From assembly GCA_963700395.1 (NCBI GenBank), contig CAVOXI010000008.1, forward strand, positions 100,626 through 124,625: DNA of 24,000 bases. The letters are read 5' to 3'. This document shows positions 10,533 through 19,063 of the stretch, one piece after another. The position numbers were made by a program, and so were the translations under genes. Origin of the DNA: an uncultured Actinomycetes bacterium. Lineage in GTDB: Bacteria; Actinomycetota; Actinomycetes; S36-B12; CAIYMF01. How positions within the stretch are numbered: position 1 is the stretch's first letter; each line of letters begins with the position of its first letter. Below the pieces are notes generated by a model that saw only the letters and a list, made by a program, of their open reading frames with translations, was not told where the DNA came from and did not search any database.

Positions 10533-11867
10533 TCAGCTGGGCAGGTCCTCCAGCATCTCGGTGACCAGTGCCGCGATCGGCGAGCGCTCGCTGCGGGTCA
10601 GCGTGACGTGGGCGAACAGGGGGTGCCCCTTGAGCTTCTCGACGACGGCGACCACGCCGTCGTGGCGACCGACGCGCAGGTTGTCGCGCTGGGCCACGTC
10701 ATGGGTCAGCACGACCCGCGAGTCCTTGCCGATGCGTGACAGGACCGTGAGCAGGACGTTGCGCTCCAGCGACTGCGCCTCGTCGACGATGACGAAGGCA
10801 TCGTGCAGCGAACGACCACGGATGTGGGTCAACGGCAGGACCTCGAGCATCCCGCGGTCGAGGACCTCGTCGACGACCTCGGACGTGGTGATCGCCCCGA
10901 GGGTGTCGAAGACCGCCTGCCCCCAGGGCGACATCTTCTCGTGCTCGCTGCCCGGCAGGTAGCCGAGCTCCTGGCCGCCGACGGCGAACAACGGCCGGAA
11001 GACCACGACCTTGCGGTGCTGCTGGCGCTCCAGGACCGCCTCCAGACCGGCGCACAGGGCCAGGGCGCTCTTGCCGGTGCCGGCCCGCCCGCCGAGGCTG
11101 ATGATCCCGATGTCGGGGTCGAGCAGCATGTCCAGGGCGATGCGCTGCTCCGCGGACCTGCCATGCAGGCCGAACGCCTCACGGTCGCCGCGGACCAGGC
11201 GCAGCCGCTTGTCCGGGGTCACCCGGGCAAGGGCCGAGCCCCGCTCGGAGACCAGGACGACACCGGTGTTGCAGGGCAGGTCACGCGCGAGGTCGAGGTC
11301 GATCCGCTCGTTGTCGTACAGCTCGTTGACGACCGTGGACCCGACCTCGATCTCCTCGATGCCGGTCCAGCCCGTGCTCATCACCAGCTCGGCGCGGTAC
11401 TCCTCGGCCTGCAGCCCCAGCGTGGAGGCCTTCACGCGCAGGGGCAGGTCCTTGCTGACCACCACGACATCGCGGCCCTCGGCGGCGAGGTTGCGCGCGA
11501 CAGCCAGGATCCGGGTGTCGTTGTCGCCGAGCTGCATCCCCATGGGCAGGCGCGACAGGTCGGAGTGGTTGAGCTCCACCCGCAACGTGCCACCCTCGTC
11601 GTTGAGGGGGATGGGCTCATCGAGACGACCGAAGTCGATCCGGAAGTCGTCGAGCATGCGCAGGGCCTCGCGGGCGAAGTAGCCGAGCTCGGGATGGGTG
11701 CGCTTGGCCTCCAGCTCGATGATCACGACCAGCGGGATGACGACCTCGTGCTCGTCGAAGCGGAAGACCGCCCTGGGGTCGGACAGCAGGACGGAGGTGT
11801 CGAGCACGTAGCAGCGACTCGCCTCCGCTCGAGCTCTGCCGGATCGGGGCTTCGTCGCAGTCGGCAC
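10533..11867 (-). CDS. PIN-domain / PhoH-like ATPase fusion protein (PhoH2)
   Basis: N-terminal PIN domain ([34 protein letters not shown]). C-terminal PhoH ATPase ([15 protein letters not shown] Walker [11 protein letters not shown] Walker [12 protein letters not shown]). The track ORF starts at GTG 11879. GTG 11867 is preferred because GGAGG lies 5 nt upstream of it. Confidence 0.9.
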   Translation of the reverse strand: MPTATKPRSGRARAEASRCYVLDTSVLLSDPRAVFRFDEHEVVIPLVVIIELEAKRTHPELGYFAREALRMLDDFRIDFGRLDEPIPLNDEGGTLRVELNHSDLSRLPMGMQLGDNDTRILAVARNLAAEGRDVVVVSKDLPLRVKASTLGLQAEEYRAELVMSTGWTGIEEIEVGSTVVNELYDNERIDLDLARDLPCNTGVVLVSERGSALARVTPDKRLRLVRGDREAFGLHGRSAEQRIALDMLLDPDIGIISLGGRAGTGKSALALCAGLEAVLERQQHRKVVVFRPLFAVGGQELGYLPGSEHEKMSPWGQAVFDTLGAITTSEVVDEVLDRGMLEVLPLTHIRGRSLHDAFVIVDEAQSLERNVLLTVLSRIGKDSRVVLTHDVAQRDNLRVGRHDGVVAVVEKLKGHPLFAHVTLTRSERSPIAALVTEMLEDLPS

Positions 11868-11885
11868 GCGCGCCTCCACAGTCAG

Positions 11886-11911
11886 GTCGGGCGGCTCGGG
11901 GTGTGCCCGAC
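11886..11911 (-). terminator. Possible hairpin downstream of uppS (GTCGGGC-n12-GCCCGAC)
   Basis: 7-bp GC stem with a 12-nt loop in the 108-nt spacer between the uppS stop and the phoH2 start. No U-tract follows. Confidence 0.25.
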
Positions 11912-11987
11912 TGCCACGAATCTAGGCCGCGAGCCTGCTCCGCCGGCGTCGCGACACGCCGCGCGCGGGGTGGTGATGGGCCACGCG

Positions 11988-12749
11988 TCAGGAGCCGTAG
12001 CGCCGCTCGCGGGCCGCGTAGTCGCGCAGGGCGCGCAGGAAGTCCACGCGCCTGAAGTCGGGCCAGTAGGCCTCGCAGAAGTAGAACTCGGAGTGGGCGC
12101 TCTGCCACAGCAGGAATCCCGAGAGCCGCTGCTCGCCGGAGGTCCGGATGACCAGGTCCGGGTCGGGCTGGCCCTTCGTGTAGAGGTGGGCCGCGATGTG
12201 CTCGACGTCCAGCGATGCGGCGAGCTCCTCCAGGGACGTCCCCGCGGCCGCCTCCTCCTGCAGCAGCGCGCGCACGGCGTCGACGAGCTCCTGCCGCCCG
12301 CCGTAGCCGACGGCGACGTTCACGGTCATCCCGTCGATGTCGCAGGACTTCAGCTCGGCAGTCTCGAGCACCTGCCGCGTCCGAGCCGGCAGCGGGTCCT
12401 TGGCACCCACGTGCCGGATGACCCACTTGCCCGACGCGGCCAGCTCCTCGATGGAGCCCTCGATGATCCGCAGCAGCGGGTCGAGCTCCTCCGTCGCGCG
12501 CGTCAGGTTGTCGGTGGACAGCAGCCACAGCGTCACGACCTCGACGCCGACCTCGTCACACCACTCGAGGAACTCCACGATGCGGGCGGCTCCGGCGCGG
12601 TGCCCGGCAGCACTGCTCGAACCCTGCTCGGTGGCCCAGCGCCGGTTCCCGTCGAGGATCACCCCCACATGCCGCGGGATGTCGCCCTGGTGGAGGTCGT
12701 TGGCCAGTCGACGTTCATAGAGACCGTAGACGAGGTCGTCCAGACCCAT
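11988..12749 (-). CDS. uppS: Isoprenyl transferase (cis-prenyl / undecaprenyl-type diphosphate synthase)
   Basis: 253-aa ORF with HVGVILDGNRRWA, TLWLLSTDNL, NVAVGYGGRQELV, DLVIRTSGEQRLSGFLLWQSAHSEFYF and a C-terminal RERRYG. Confidence 0.93.
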   Translation of the reverse strand: MGLDDLVYGLYERRLANDLHQGDIPRHVGVILDGNRRWATEQGSSSAAGHRAGAARIVEFLEWCDEVGVEVVTLWLLSTDNLTRATEELDPLLRIIEGSIEELAASGKWVIRHVGAKDPLPARTRQVLETAELKSCDIDGMTVNVAVGYGGRQELVDAVRALLQEEAAAGTSLEELAASLDVEHIAAHLYTKGQPDPDLVIRTSGEQRLSGFLLWQSAHSEFYFCEAYWPDFRRVDFLRALRDYAARERRYGS

Positions 12750-12786
12750 ACGTTCCTCCTGATGCGGACCTCATGCCCGATGGAGG

Positions 12787-13473
12787 CTATCGCACCGCCG
12801 TCATGACCAGTGTCGCCGCGACGAAGTGCGCGGTCCATCCCCCGAGCGTGAATGAGTGGAACACCTCATGGAAGCCGAACCACTTCGGTGACGGGTTCGG
12901 CCACTGGGTGGCGAACACCCCGGCGCCCAGCGTGTAGAAGATCCCTCCGAGGAGGATCAGGCCCAGGACCCAGGCGTGGCGGGCGTCGGACAGGATGTCC
13001 GAGCGCAGGAAGCTGGGAAGGAACATCGCCGACGCCCAGCCCAGCGCCAGGTACATCGGCACGAACAGCCACCGTGGGGCCCTGACCCACGCCAGTCGGA
13101 CGACCGCCCCACCGACCGCGCCGAGCCAGAGGACAGCCAGCAGCGATCGTGCGGGCCCGGGGCCGAGCAGGGCCACAGCGAACGGTGTGGCGCTGCCGGC
13201 GATGACCAGGAAGATGTTCGCGTGGTCCCATCGCTGCAGGAGGTTGGTCACCCGGGGGGAGAACCGGCCACGGTGGTACACGGCCGACACGGAGAAGAGC
13301 AGGATCGTGGTGAGTGCGAACAGGACCGTGGGGATGCGCAACTCCGAGGGCGCGAGGATGGCCAACAGCACCGCAGCCGTTCCGGCGATGGGGGCAGCCA
13401 CCATGTGCAGCCATCCGCGCAGGACCGGCTTGACGGACAGGTAGTGCTCCCGCAGGGAATCAGCGGGCGTCAT
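12787..13473 (-). CDS. Hemolysin III / PAQR family membrane protein
   Basis: 228-aa ORF with seven hydrophobic segments. Family motifs: LRGWLH near the N-terminus, DHANIFLVIAGS, and HEVFHSFTLGG near the C-terminus. Confidence 0.88.
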   Translation of the reverse strand: MTPADSLREHYLSVKPVLRGWLHMVAAPIAGTAAVLLAILAPSELRIPTVLFALTTILLFSVSAVYHRGRFSPRVTNLLQRWDHANIFLVIAGSATPFAVALLGPGPARSLLAVLWLGAVGGAVVRLAWVRAPRWLFVPMYLALGWASAMFLPSFLRSDILSDARHAWVLGLILLGGIFYTLGAGVFATQWPNPSPKWFGFHEVFHSFTLGGWTAHFVAATLVMTAVR

Positions 13474-13517
13474 GCATGAAGTAGATCAGTGGGCGCCGTG
13501 ATCAGCAAGGCGCTCCG

Positions 13518-14405
13518 TCACGCCAGGTCGACGATCACCGGGGCGTGATCGCTCGGTGCGGGAGTGCCCTTGATCCCGGGCTTGCGTGCATCCCGGTCCA
13601 CGACCGCCGAGGTGACGGCAGCGGCGAACGCCGCGTTCGCCAGGACCAGGTCGATCCGCATCCCCATGGCCTTGTGGAACGACCCGGCCCGGTAGTCCCA
13701 GAACGTGTAGGGATGTGGCCCCTTGCTGATGGTGGGCATGACGTCTGTGAGGCTCAGGGCCAGGAGGTCGGCCAGGGCAGCCCGCTCGGGCGCCGACACG
13801 TGGGTGCTCTGGGCGAACGCCGCGATGTCCCAGACGTCGTCGTCTGCCGGGGCGATGTTGAAGTCCCCGAGGACGGCGAATGGTGCCGCCGCAGCCGCGA
13901 CCGGGCCCAGGTGCCCGGCAAGGGCCGCCAGCCACGACAGCTTGTACGAGTAATGGGGGTCGTCGGGGGTGCGCCCGTTCGGCACGTACACCCCCGCGAC
14001 GCGGACCCCGCCACAGGTCGCGGCGATGTAGCGCGCCTCCGGGGCGTCGGTTGGGTCGGGGAATCCGGGCACCCCGGGGATGTCGGTCTCCAGGTCGGAG
14101 ATGCCGACCCGCGAGAGCAGCGCCACCCCGTTCCAGCGCCCCTGGCCCCTGTGCACCGACTCGTAGCCGGCGTCCGCGATCTCCGAGGTGGGGAACGCCT
14201 CCTGGGCGATCTTGGTCTCCTGGAGCACGACCACGTCAGGCTCGGTCGCCTCCAGCCACGACAGCAGCCGTGGGAGCCGCGCGGGAAGGGAGTTCACGTT
14301 CCAGGTGGCGATGCGCACGCCGTGATTCTGGCACCTGGTCGGCTCCGCGGGGACCGCGCGGGCCAGCGATCCCGCGGGCATCGACACACGGTGACTCGCG
14401 GTCAC
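13518..14405 (-). CDS. xthA: Exodeoxyribonuclease III (AP endonuclease, Xth family)
   Basis: Motifs VRIATWNVNSL, DVVVLQETK, WNGVALLSR, VLGDFNIAP, FWDYR and PSDHAPVIVDL. The true start is probably GTG 14318 (VRIATWNV) rather than the upstream ATG at 14405. Confidence 0.92.
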   Translation of the reverse strand: MTASHRVSMPAGSLARAVPAEPTRCQNHGVRIATWNVNSLPARLPRLLSWLEATEPDVVVLQETKIAQEAFPTSEIADAGYESVHRGQGRWNGVALLSRVGISDLETDIPGVPGFPDPTDAPEARYIAATCGGVRVAGVYVPNGRTPDDPHYSYKLSWLAALAGHLGPVAAAAAPFAVLGDFNIAPADDDVWDIAAFAQSTHVSAPERAALADLLALSLTDVMPTISKGPHPYTFWDYRAGSFHKAMGMRIDLVLANAAFAAAVTSAVVDRDARKPGIKGTPAPSDHAPVIVDLA

Positions 14406-14491
14406 TTTGCGTCCTCATCGAGCCGGACGAAATCACCGCGAAACGCCGGGGCAATGCCGTCGTGGCCCCACGCGAATGGCAGGATCCCCCC

Positions 14492-15866
14492 ATGTCCGTG
14501 ACCGCCGCCCTCGGGGACGTGCGCCGGATCGCGCATGGGCCGACGCGGACGCTGTTCATCGGGCTGCTCGTGAAGTCCGTCGGGAGCGGCCTGACGCTCT
14601 CGCCTGCTCATCGTGTACCTCGTGAGGGTTCGCGACCTCCCGCGTCATGGTCGCCACCGGGCTGCTCGCGTGGCAGGCGCTGCTCGACCCTCGCGGTGTC
14701 GCCCATCGTCGGCACGCTGGTCGACCGGCGCGGACCACGACCTGTCCTGCTCGTGGCGCTGCTGATCGAGGCCGTCAGCCTGATCACGTTCGGGCAGGTG
14801 ACGACCTGGCAGCAGGCCTTCGTCGTGATGTCCGCGGTGGCGGTGGGTGGGGCCGGGATCTGGGGCCCCACCGATGCGCTCCTGGCCCGCCTCGTGCCCT
14901 CGCAGGACCGGTCCACGGCCTTCGGCTTCCAGTTCATGCTGCTGAACATCGGCCTCGGCCTCGGGGGACTGATCAGCGCGACGATCGTCGACGACGACGC
15001 GGCCGGTCACCTTCGAGTGGCTGTACACCCTGACCGGGCTGTCGTTCCTCGCCTTGTTCGTCGCCGTCCTGGTCATGGGCGACGTCGGCGGGCCGCCCGC
15101 CGCCGAGCCCCCTGCGCACGCCGAGCCCGACGAGGGCGCAGCCGGACCACCGGGCGCGCGGCCCGAGGAGTCCGACGGCTGGGCCGCCGTCCTGCGCGAC
15201 CGGAACCTGCTGCGCTACGGGGCTGTCGGGCTGCTGCTGCTCACCTTCGGGTACGGCTGCGTGGAGTCCGGCGTCGGGCTGTTCATCACGGACTTCGTGG
15301 GCCTGCCCAACGAGCCGCATCGGCCTCGTCTTCGCCGCGAACACGGCCGTCATCGTCGTCATGCAGCTGTTCATGATCTCGTTCGTGAACGGTCGCTCGC
15401 GGGCCCAGATGCTGGCCGGCGTGGGCTTGCTGTGGGCCCTGACCTGGGCCCTCTTCAGCTCCGCGCTGACAGCTCAGCGGCTGGGCTGCGGTCGGGGTCC
15501 TCATCCTGGCCATGTCGATCTTCGCCGTCGGCGAGACCCTGTGGTCACCGGTCGCGCCCGGCCCTGTCTCAACGAGTTGGCTCCCGAGCACCTGCGCGGC
15601 CGGTACAACGCCTTCCAGTCACTGCTGTGGGGGGTCTCCGGGGCGCTCGGCCCGCTGGTCACCGGTGCGTTCCTGTCCGCCGACCTCGGCGGGGCCTGGG
15701 CCGCTGACCCTGGCCATCGGATGCCTGGTCGCCGCGTTCGTCGCCCTGCGGATGCGCGCCCACCTGACGCCGGGGCAGGACGGGCATGGGGGCTCAGGAG
15801 GGATCGACCCCGACGGCGACCCCGACCCCGGGCCGGGACCCGTCGTACTCGATGGACGCCCGCTGA
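14492..15866 (+). pseudogene. MFS transporter, reading frame broken about 10 times as read
   Basis: MFS-like segments occur in rotating frames: MSVTAALGDVRRIAHGPTRTLFIGLLVKSVGSGLTL (f2), LLIVYLVRVRDLP (f0), VMVATGLLAWQALL (f1), TLAVSPIVGTLVDRRGPRPVLLVALLIEAV...GLISATIVD (f2). They continue: RPVTFEWLYTLTGLSFLALFVAVLV...GLFITDFVGLPNE (f0), IGLVFAANTAVIVVMQLFMISFVNGRSRAQMLAG...(f1), SGWAAVGVLILAMSIFAVGETLWSPVAP (f2), AL (f0), LNELAPEHLRGRYNAFQSLLWGVSGALGPLVTGAFL (f1), LTLAIGCLVAAFVALRMR (f2). The stop is inferred at TGA 15864-15866 (f0). Confidence 0.85.
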
Positions 15867-15910
15867 GCCGGGCCCGGGCACTCGCCGAGCGCAGCCCGGC
15901 GCCGGCTCAG
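15863..15910. terminator. GC-rich inverted repeat between convergent genes (CTGAGCCGG-n30-CCGGCTCAG)
   Basis: 9-bp perfect arms at 15863-15871 and 15902-15910. The loop holds the sub-palindromes GCCCGGGC and CCGGCGCCGG. The inferred stop codons of both flanking genes sit inside the arms (TGA 15864-66 on +; TCA 15907-09, which is TGA on -). Confidence 0.45.
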
Positions 15911-16620
15911 GCCTCGGGGAGCTGCGGGCGGTCGGTTCCGCCCACCGACCTGCCGGCGCGGCTTGCGCTTGACCTCGACCCCACCGAACAGGGCCGCGCC
16001 CTTGATCCGCAGCACCGGGGCACCGGGCAGGCCCGGCCCCTCCGCCGGTCTGGTCGAAGCCACCGAAGATGCCCATCCCGTCGACGTGGACGGTGAGCCC
16101 CTCCGGCACGGTGATCTCGATGCCGCCCATCACGGCCACGGCGATGATCTCGGACTCGGCCTGGGCGAACGTGGAGCGGGTGAGGTCCAGCTCGATCCCC
16201 CCGAACATCGCGAAGGCGGTCAGCTGGGCCGGCATGACCCACTCACCCTTGCGGGTTGCACCGCCGAAGATCGCGACCACCGACGACGAGGACGAGTCGG
16301 CGCCCGCAGGCGGGTGCCAGCCCGACGACGGCGCCGGGGAGGACTGGGGCGGGACGGCGAGGGCCATCCCGGTCAACGGGGCCAAGGCGGCTGCGACGGT
16401 GGACGGGGGAAGCCCGTCGAGCACGGGGACGAGGTCGGCCGCCGTGCGAGCGCCCGAGGGCTGCGGACAGCCGGTCCTCGTACTCGTCGCGGGTCAACCG
16501 GCCCTCGGCATAGGCGTCGCCGATGACGTCGGCCATCCGGGCGCGGTCGGCGTCGGAGACCAGGACGCGGCCCGCCACCCCGAGCGGGCCGTCCGCAGGG
16601 TCGGGAGGGATCGGGGACAT
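15907..16620 (-). pseudogene. DUF1707 (SHOCT-like) / LiaF-C-terminal-like cell-envelope stress protein, frame broken three times as read
   Basis: MSPIPPDPADG...SDADRARMADVIGDAYAEGRLTRDEYEDRLSAALG, then (skip about 16426) ARTAADLVPVLDGLPPSTV...VVAIFGGATRKGEWVMPAQLTAFAMFGGIELDLT...VHVDGMGIFGGF. Then (skip about 16050) RPAEGPGLPGAPVLRIKGAALFGGVEVKRKPRRQVGG, then (skip about 15940) GTDRPQLPEA-stop. The ATG at 16620 lies 2 nt after the stop of the upstream DUF3817 gene. Confidence 0.8.
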
Positions 16621-16622
16621 GC

Positions 16623-16976
16623 TCACGGCGCCGGCACCTCGGCCTGCAGCTGGTGGGTGATCCGGCGCTCGAACACGAAGGACATGAACGGGATCGTGCC
16701 GGCCAGGGCCACGAGCACGGTGCGCCCGGGGGTCCAGCGCGCGCGGATGGCCACATCGAGCACCGTCACGAGGTAGACCATGTACAGGAATCCGTGCAGC
16801 TGCCACCCGATCGCGTACCAGAGCGAGTCCTCGTGGCCGAGGAGGTACTTCCAGGGCAGCCCGACCACGGTCATGAACGCCAGCACGGTGCCGGTGACCC
16901 AGGCCATGACCTGGAACCGCTTGTACGCGCCCGACCGCAGGATCGTCGCGGGTGCGGGGGCGGCGTGCGTGCTCAT
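16623..16976 (-). CDS. DUF3817-type small membrane protein
   Basis: 117 aa from ATG 16976: MSTHAAPAPATILRSGAYKRFQVMAWVTGTVLAFMTVVGLPWKYLLGH...HGFLYMVYLVTVLDV...LVALAGTIPFMSFVFERR. The start overlaps the SURF1 stop (ATGA). The track ORF 16623..17462 is over-extended upstream. Confidence 0.8.
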   Translation of the reverse strand: MSTHAAPAPATILRSGAYKRFQVMAWVTGTVLAFMTVVGLPWKYLLGHEDSLWYAIGWQLHGFLYMVYLVTVLDVAIRARWTPGRTVLVALAGTIPFMSFVFERRITHQLQAEVPAP

Positions 16977-17737
16977 CGGGGGATCTCCTGCTCGACGGGT
17001 CGGGCCTGGTGGTCGCGCCGGAAGCGGTTCCAGAAGAAGACCACGAACCCGGCGAACGCGACCCACTGGATCGCGTAGGCCGCATTGCGCCAGTTCAGGC
17101 CCACCTCGGCTCCGGGCAATTCTGTCACCTGCAACGGGGCCGGCTGGCCCACGCCTGCCGGCTGCAGCTCGCTCAGCGCGTACCACCCCGAGCGCACGGC
17201 GTAGCCCGCATGGGCCGACAGGGCGCCTGTGTCGACCGTGGTCAGCGTCGGGGGGTCCCCGGGGCTGACGGCGGCATCCGGCTTCCGGGAGTCGGCCACC
17301 AGGACGCCGACGACCTCGACGGTCCCCTGTGGCGGTGGCACCGGGCGCTGACCGGCAGGCACCCAGCCGCGCACGACGGCGACCGCGGTGTCCGCCGGGT
17401 TCGCGCCGACCGTGCCGCCCGCCCCGTCCGCCGGCGCCGGCTGCATCGGGGTGAGCACCCATGCTCCCTGTTGCCCGTCGCGCTTCCGTGGCTCGACGAG
17501 CACCTCGTTCTCCGCGTCGAACTGGCCCGTGATGCCCACCCGCATGCCGCTGAAGGCCGTGGCCGGGTCGAGGTCGGCCAGCGCCACCACGGGCCCCTCG
17601 GGGACGGCGTCAGCCTCGGAGCGGTTCGCGCGGTCCCACTGCCAGCGGGCGGCTACGACGCACACCAGCACGGCCAGGACGGTCAGGACGTGGAAGCCCC
17701 ATCGTCGTGGATCGGACCAGGATCGACCCGAGGACAT
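16973..17737 (-). CDS. SURF1 family protein (cytochrome oxidase assembly-like)
   Basis: From ATG 17737: MSSGRSWSDPRRWGFHVLTVLAVLVCVVAARWQWDRANR (the family's WQxxR motif after TM1). It continues RVGITGQFDAENEVLVEPR...GAWVLTP...VVRGWV, and has a C-terminal TM helix NAAYAIQWVAFAGFVVFFW. Confidence 0.85.
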   Translation of the reverse strand: MSSGRSWSDPRRWGFHVLTVLAVLVCVVAARWQWDRANRSEADAVPEGPVVALADLDPATAFSGMRVGITGQFDAENEVLVEPRKRDGQQGAWVLTPMQPAPADGAGGTVGANPADTAVAVVRGWVPAGQRPVPPPQGTVEVVGVLVADSRKPDAAVSPGDPPTLTTVDTGALSAHAGYAVRSGWYALSELQPAGVGQPAPLQVTELPGAEVGLNWRNAAYAIQWVAFAGFVVFFWNRFRRDHQARPVEQEIPR

Positions 17738-17963
17738 CAGCGAGCGTCGCCCCCGCCCCTGCCGGGATCGCGCGGCGCCCTGCCTGCGGTGGGTTCGCAG
17801 GGCCGAGGTTGGCCTGTGCACGGCGCAGGTGACGCACGAACGACCAGAGCAGGAGGAGCGTGGCGGCCAGGAGGAACACGAAGAGGACGGCGGCCAGCGG
17901 ACTGGGCCGGACCGTCGGGCCATCCTCCGCGGCCGCGACCAACGCAGCAAGGACACCGTGCAT
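17610..17963 (-). CDS. Hypothetical small membrane protein upstream of SURF1 (3' end uncertain)
   Basis: MHGVLAALVAAAEDGPTVRPSPLAAVLFVFLLAATLLLLWSFVRHLRRAQ has one clear TM helix. As read, the ORF overlaps the SURF1 start by about 127 nt, which is suspicious. No family was recognised. Confidence 0.35.
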   Translation of the reverse strand: MHGVLAALVAAAEDGPTVRPSPLAAVLFVFLLAATLLLLWSFVRHLRRAQANLGPANPPQAGRRAIPAGAGATLADVLGSILVRSTTMGLPRPDRPGRAGVRRSRPLAVGPREPLRG

Positions 17964-18015
17964 GGCAACCTCCCAGGACCGCGGATGTGCGGAGCGGTAC
18001 TAGTGTCGCAGCATC

Positions 18016-18511
18016 ATGTCGCCCACACGAACGGCCGGTCAGCCCCTCGCAGTGGCCCCCGCACATCCGGGAGCGCTACGGGGTCACCGACCGCCCTGGC
18101 TGGGTGCCCGGCGCCCTGATCGGCCTCGGCCTGGCCTTCTTCGCCCTGATCATGTTCCTCGGGCTGCGGCTGTCGAACCCGGCGATCGACGCGGGGGTCC
18201 TGTCGTACGCGACGGTGTCCGACGAGCAGATGACGATCGGCTACGAGGTCCAGCGCCGCGACACCGCCCCGGCCACGTGCGTCCTGCGGGCACGTGCCAA
18301 GGACGGCTTCGACGTGGGCTACGCCATCGTCGAGCTCCCGCCGGCGCAGGGACGGACCAACCACACGTTCGAGATGCGCACCGCCTACCGGGCGTTCGTC
18401 GGTGAGCTCGTCGGGTGCGGCCTGGACGCCCCGCCCCCGGATATCCCCGGTGCGCAGTTCCGGCCGGGTGTGGTGGCGCCGGTCCAGCCGTGGACCGCTG
18501 CTGGATCCTGA
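18016..18511 (+). pseudogene. DUF4307 family protein, one frame break near the 5' end as read
   Basis: ATG 18016 gives MSPTRTAGQPLAVAP. After the C5 run at 18056-18060, the conserved body is in the next frame. It reads HIRERYGVTDRPGWVPGALIGLGLAFFALIMFLGL...VLSYATVSDEQMTIGYEVQRRD...CVLRARAKDGFDVGYAIVELP...RAFVGELVGCG and stops at 18511. It occupies the usual position upstream of greA. Confidence 0.75.
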
Positions 18512-18568
18512 TCCCCGTAGCCCGGTGCTACCCTCGATGACTCACTGATCCCTGCCCAGGAGCCTCAC

Positions 18569-19063
18569 GTGTCCGAGAGCCCCCCGACCACCTGGTTGAC
18601 CCAGGAGGCCCACGACCGACTCGCCGCCGAGCTCGAGGAGCGCCAGACCGCGCGCCGCACCGAGATCACCAAGCGGATCGCCGCCGCGCGCGAGGAGGGC
18701 GACCTCAAGGAGAACGGCGGCTACCACGCCGCCAAGGACGAGCAGGGCAAGAACGAGGCCCGGATCCGCCAGCTGCGCCAGATGCTCGACAACGCCCAGA
18801 TCGGCTCCCCGCCGTCGGAGGAGGGCCAGGCCGCGCACGGGATGGTCGTCAGCGTCGAGCTGGTCGCCAGCGGGCGCACGATGACCTTCCTCCTGGGGTC
18901 CCGTGAGGAGGCAGCGCACGCCAGCGTCGATGTCATCTCCCCGTCGTCGCCGATGGGCTCTGCCGTGGACGGCGCGAGGGTCGGTGACGAGGTCACCTAC
19001 ACGACGCCCGCGGGCAAGGAGCTGACTGCCCGGATCACCAGCGTGGACCCGTACACCGGCTGA
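18569..19063 (+). CDS. greA: Transcription elongation factor GreA
   Basis: 164-aa ORF from GTG. Motifs: TWLTQEAHDRLAAELEE, AAAREEGDLKENGGYHAAKDEQGKNEARIRQL, and a C-terminal domain ISPSSPMGSAVDGARVGDEVTYTTP. Confidence 0.95.
   Translation: MSESPPTTWLTQEAHDRLAAELEERQTARRTEITKRIAAAREEGDLKENGGYHAAKDEQGKNEARIRQLRQMLDNAQIGSPPSEEGQAAHGMVVSVELVASGRTMTFLLGSREEAAHASVDVISPSSPMGSAVDGARVGDEVTYTTPAGKELTARITSVDPYTG

Noticed and set aside
11880-11987. Small antitoxin-like ORF upstream of PIN-PhoH (phoAT-type arrangement described in mycobacteria)
   Set aside because: Only 108 nt separate the uppS stop and the phoH2 start. The best minus-strand ORF there is about 20 codons of low-complexity sequence with no RBS. 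There is no support for a partner gene.
10803-12806. 667-aa + strand ORF, with similar long antisense ORFs at 7842..9125 (-), 5297..6652 (+), 13545..14501 (+), 18542..19750 (-), 2460..3227 (-) and 18..698 (+)
   Set aside because: Each lies opposite or out of frame to a gene with clear family motifs (phoH2/uppS, fumarase, ispH/xseA, xthA, greA/ilvA, rmuC, ychF). Each has low-complexity R/G/P/A/D-rich sequence. Stop-poor antisense frames are expected at this GC content.
13624-13640. 17-bp perfect palindrome GCGAACGCCGCGTTCGC, considered as a second LexA box
   Set aside because: The spacing is GAAC-N5-GTTC, not N4. It lacks the flanking T/A of TCGAAC...GTTCGA. It lies inside the xthA coding sequence, where it encodes an alanine-rich stretch. 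It is most likely coincidental.
14603-15866. Programmed ribosomal frameshifting or an intentionally recoded gene as the explanation for the rotating frames
   Set aside because: Ten consecutive +1 events lack any shared slippery heptamer or stimulatory structure. The same kind of break occurs in unrelated genes on both strands, so the idea is not credible.
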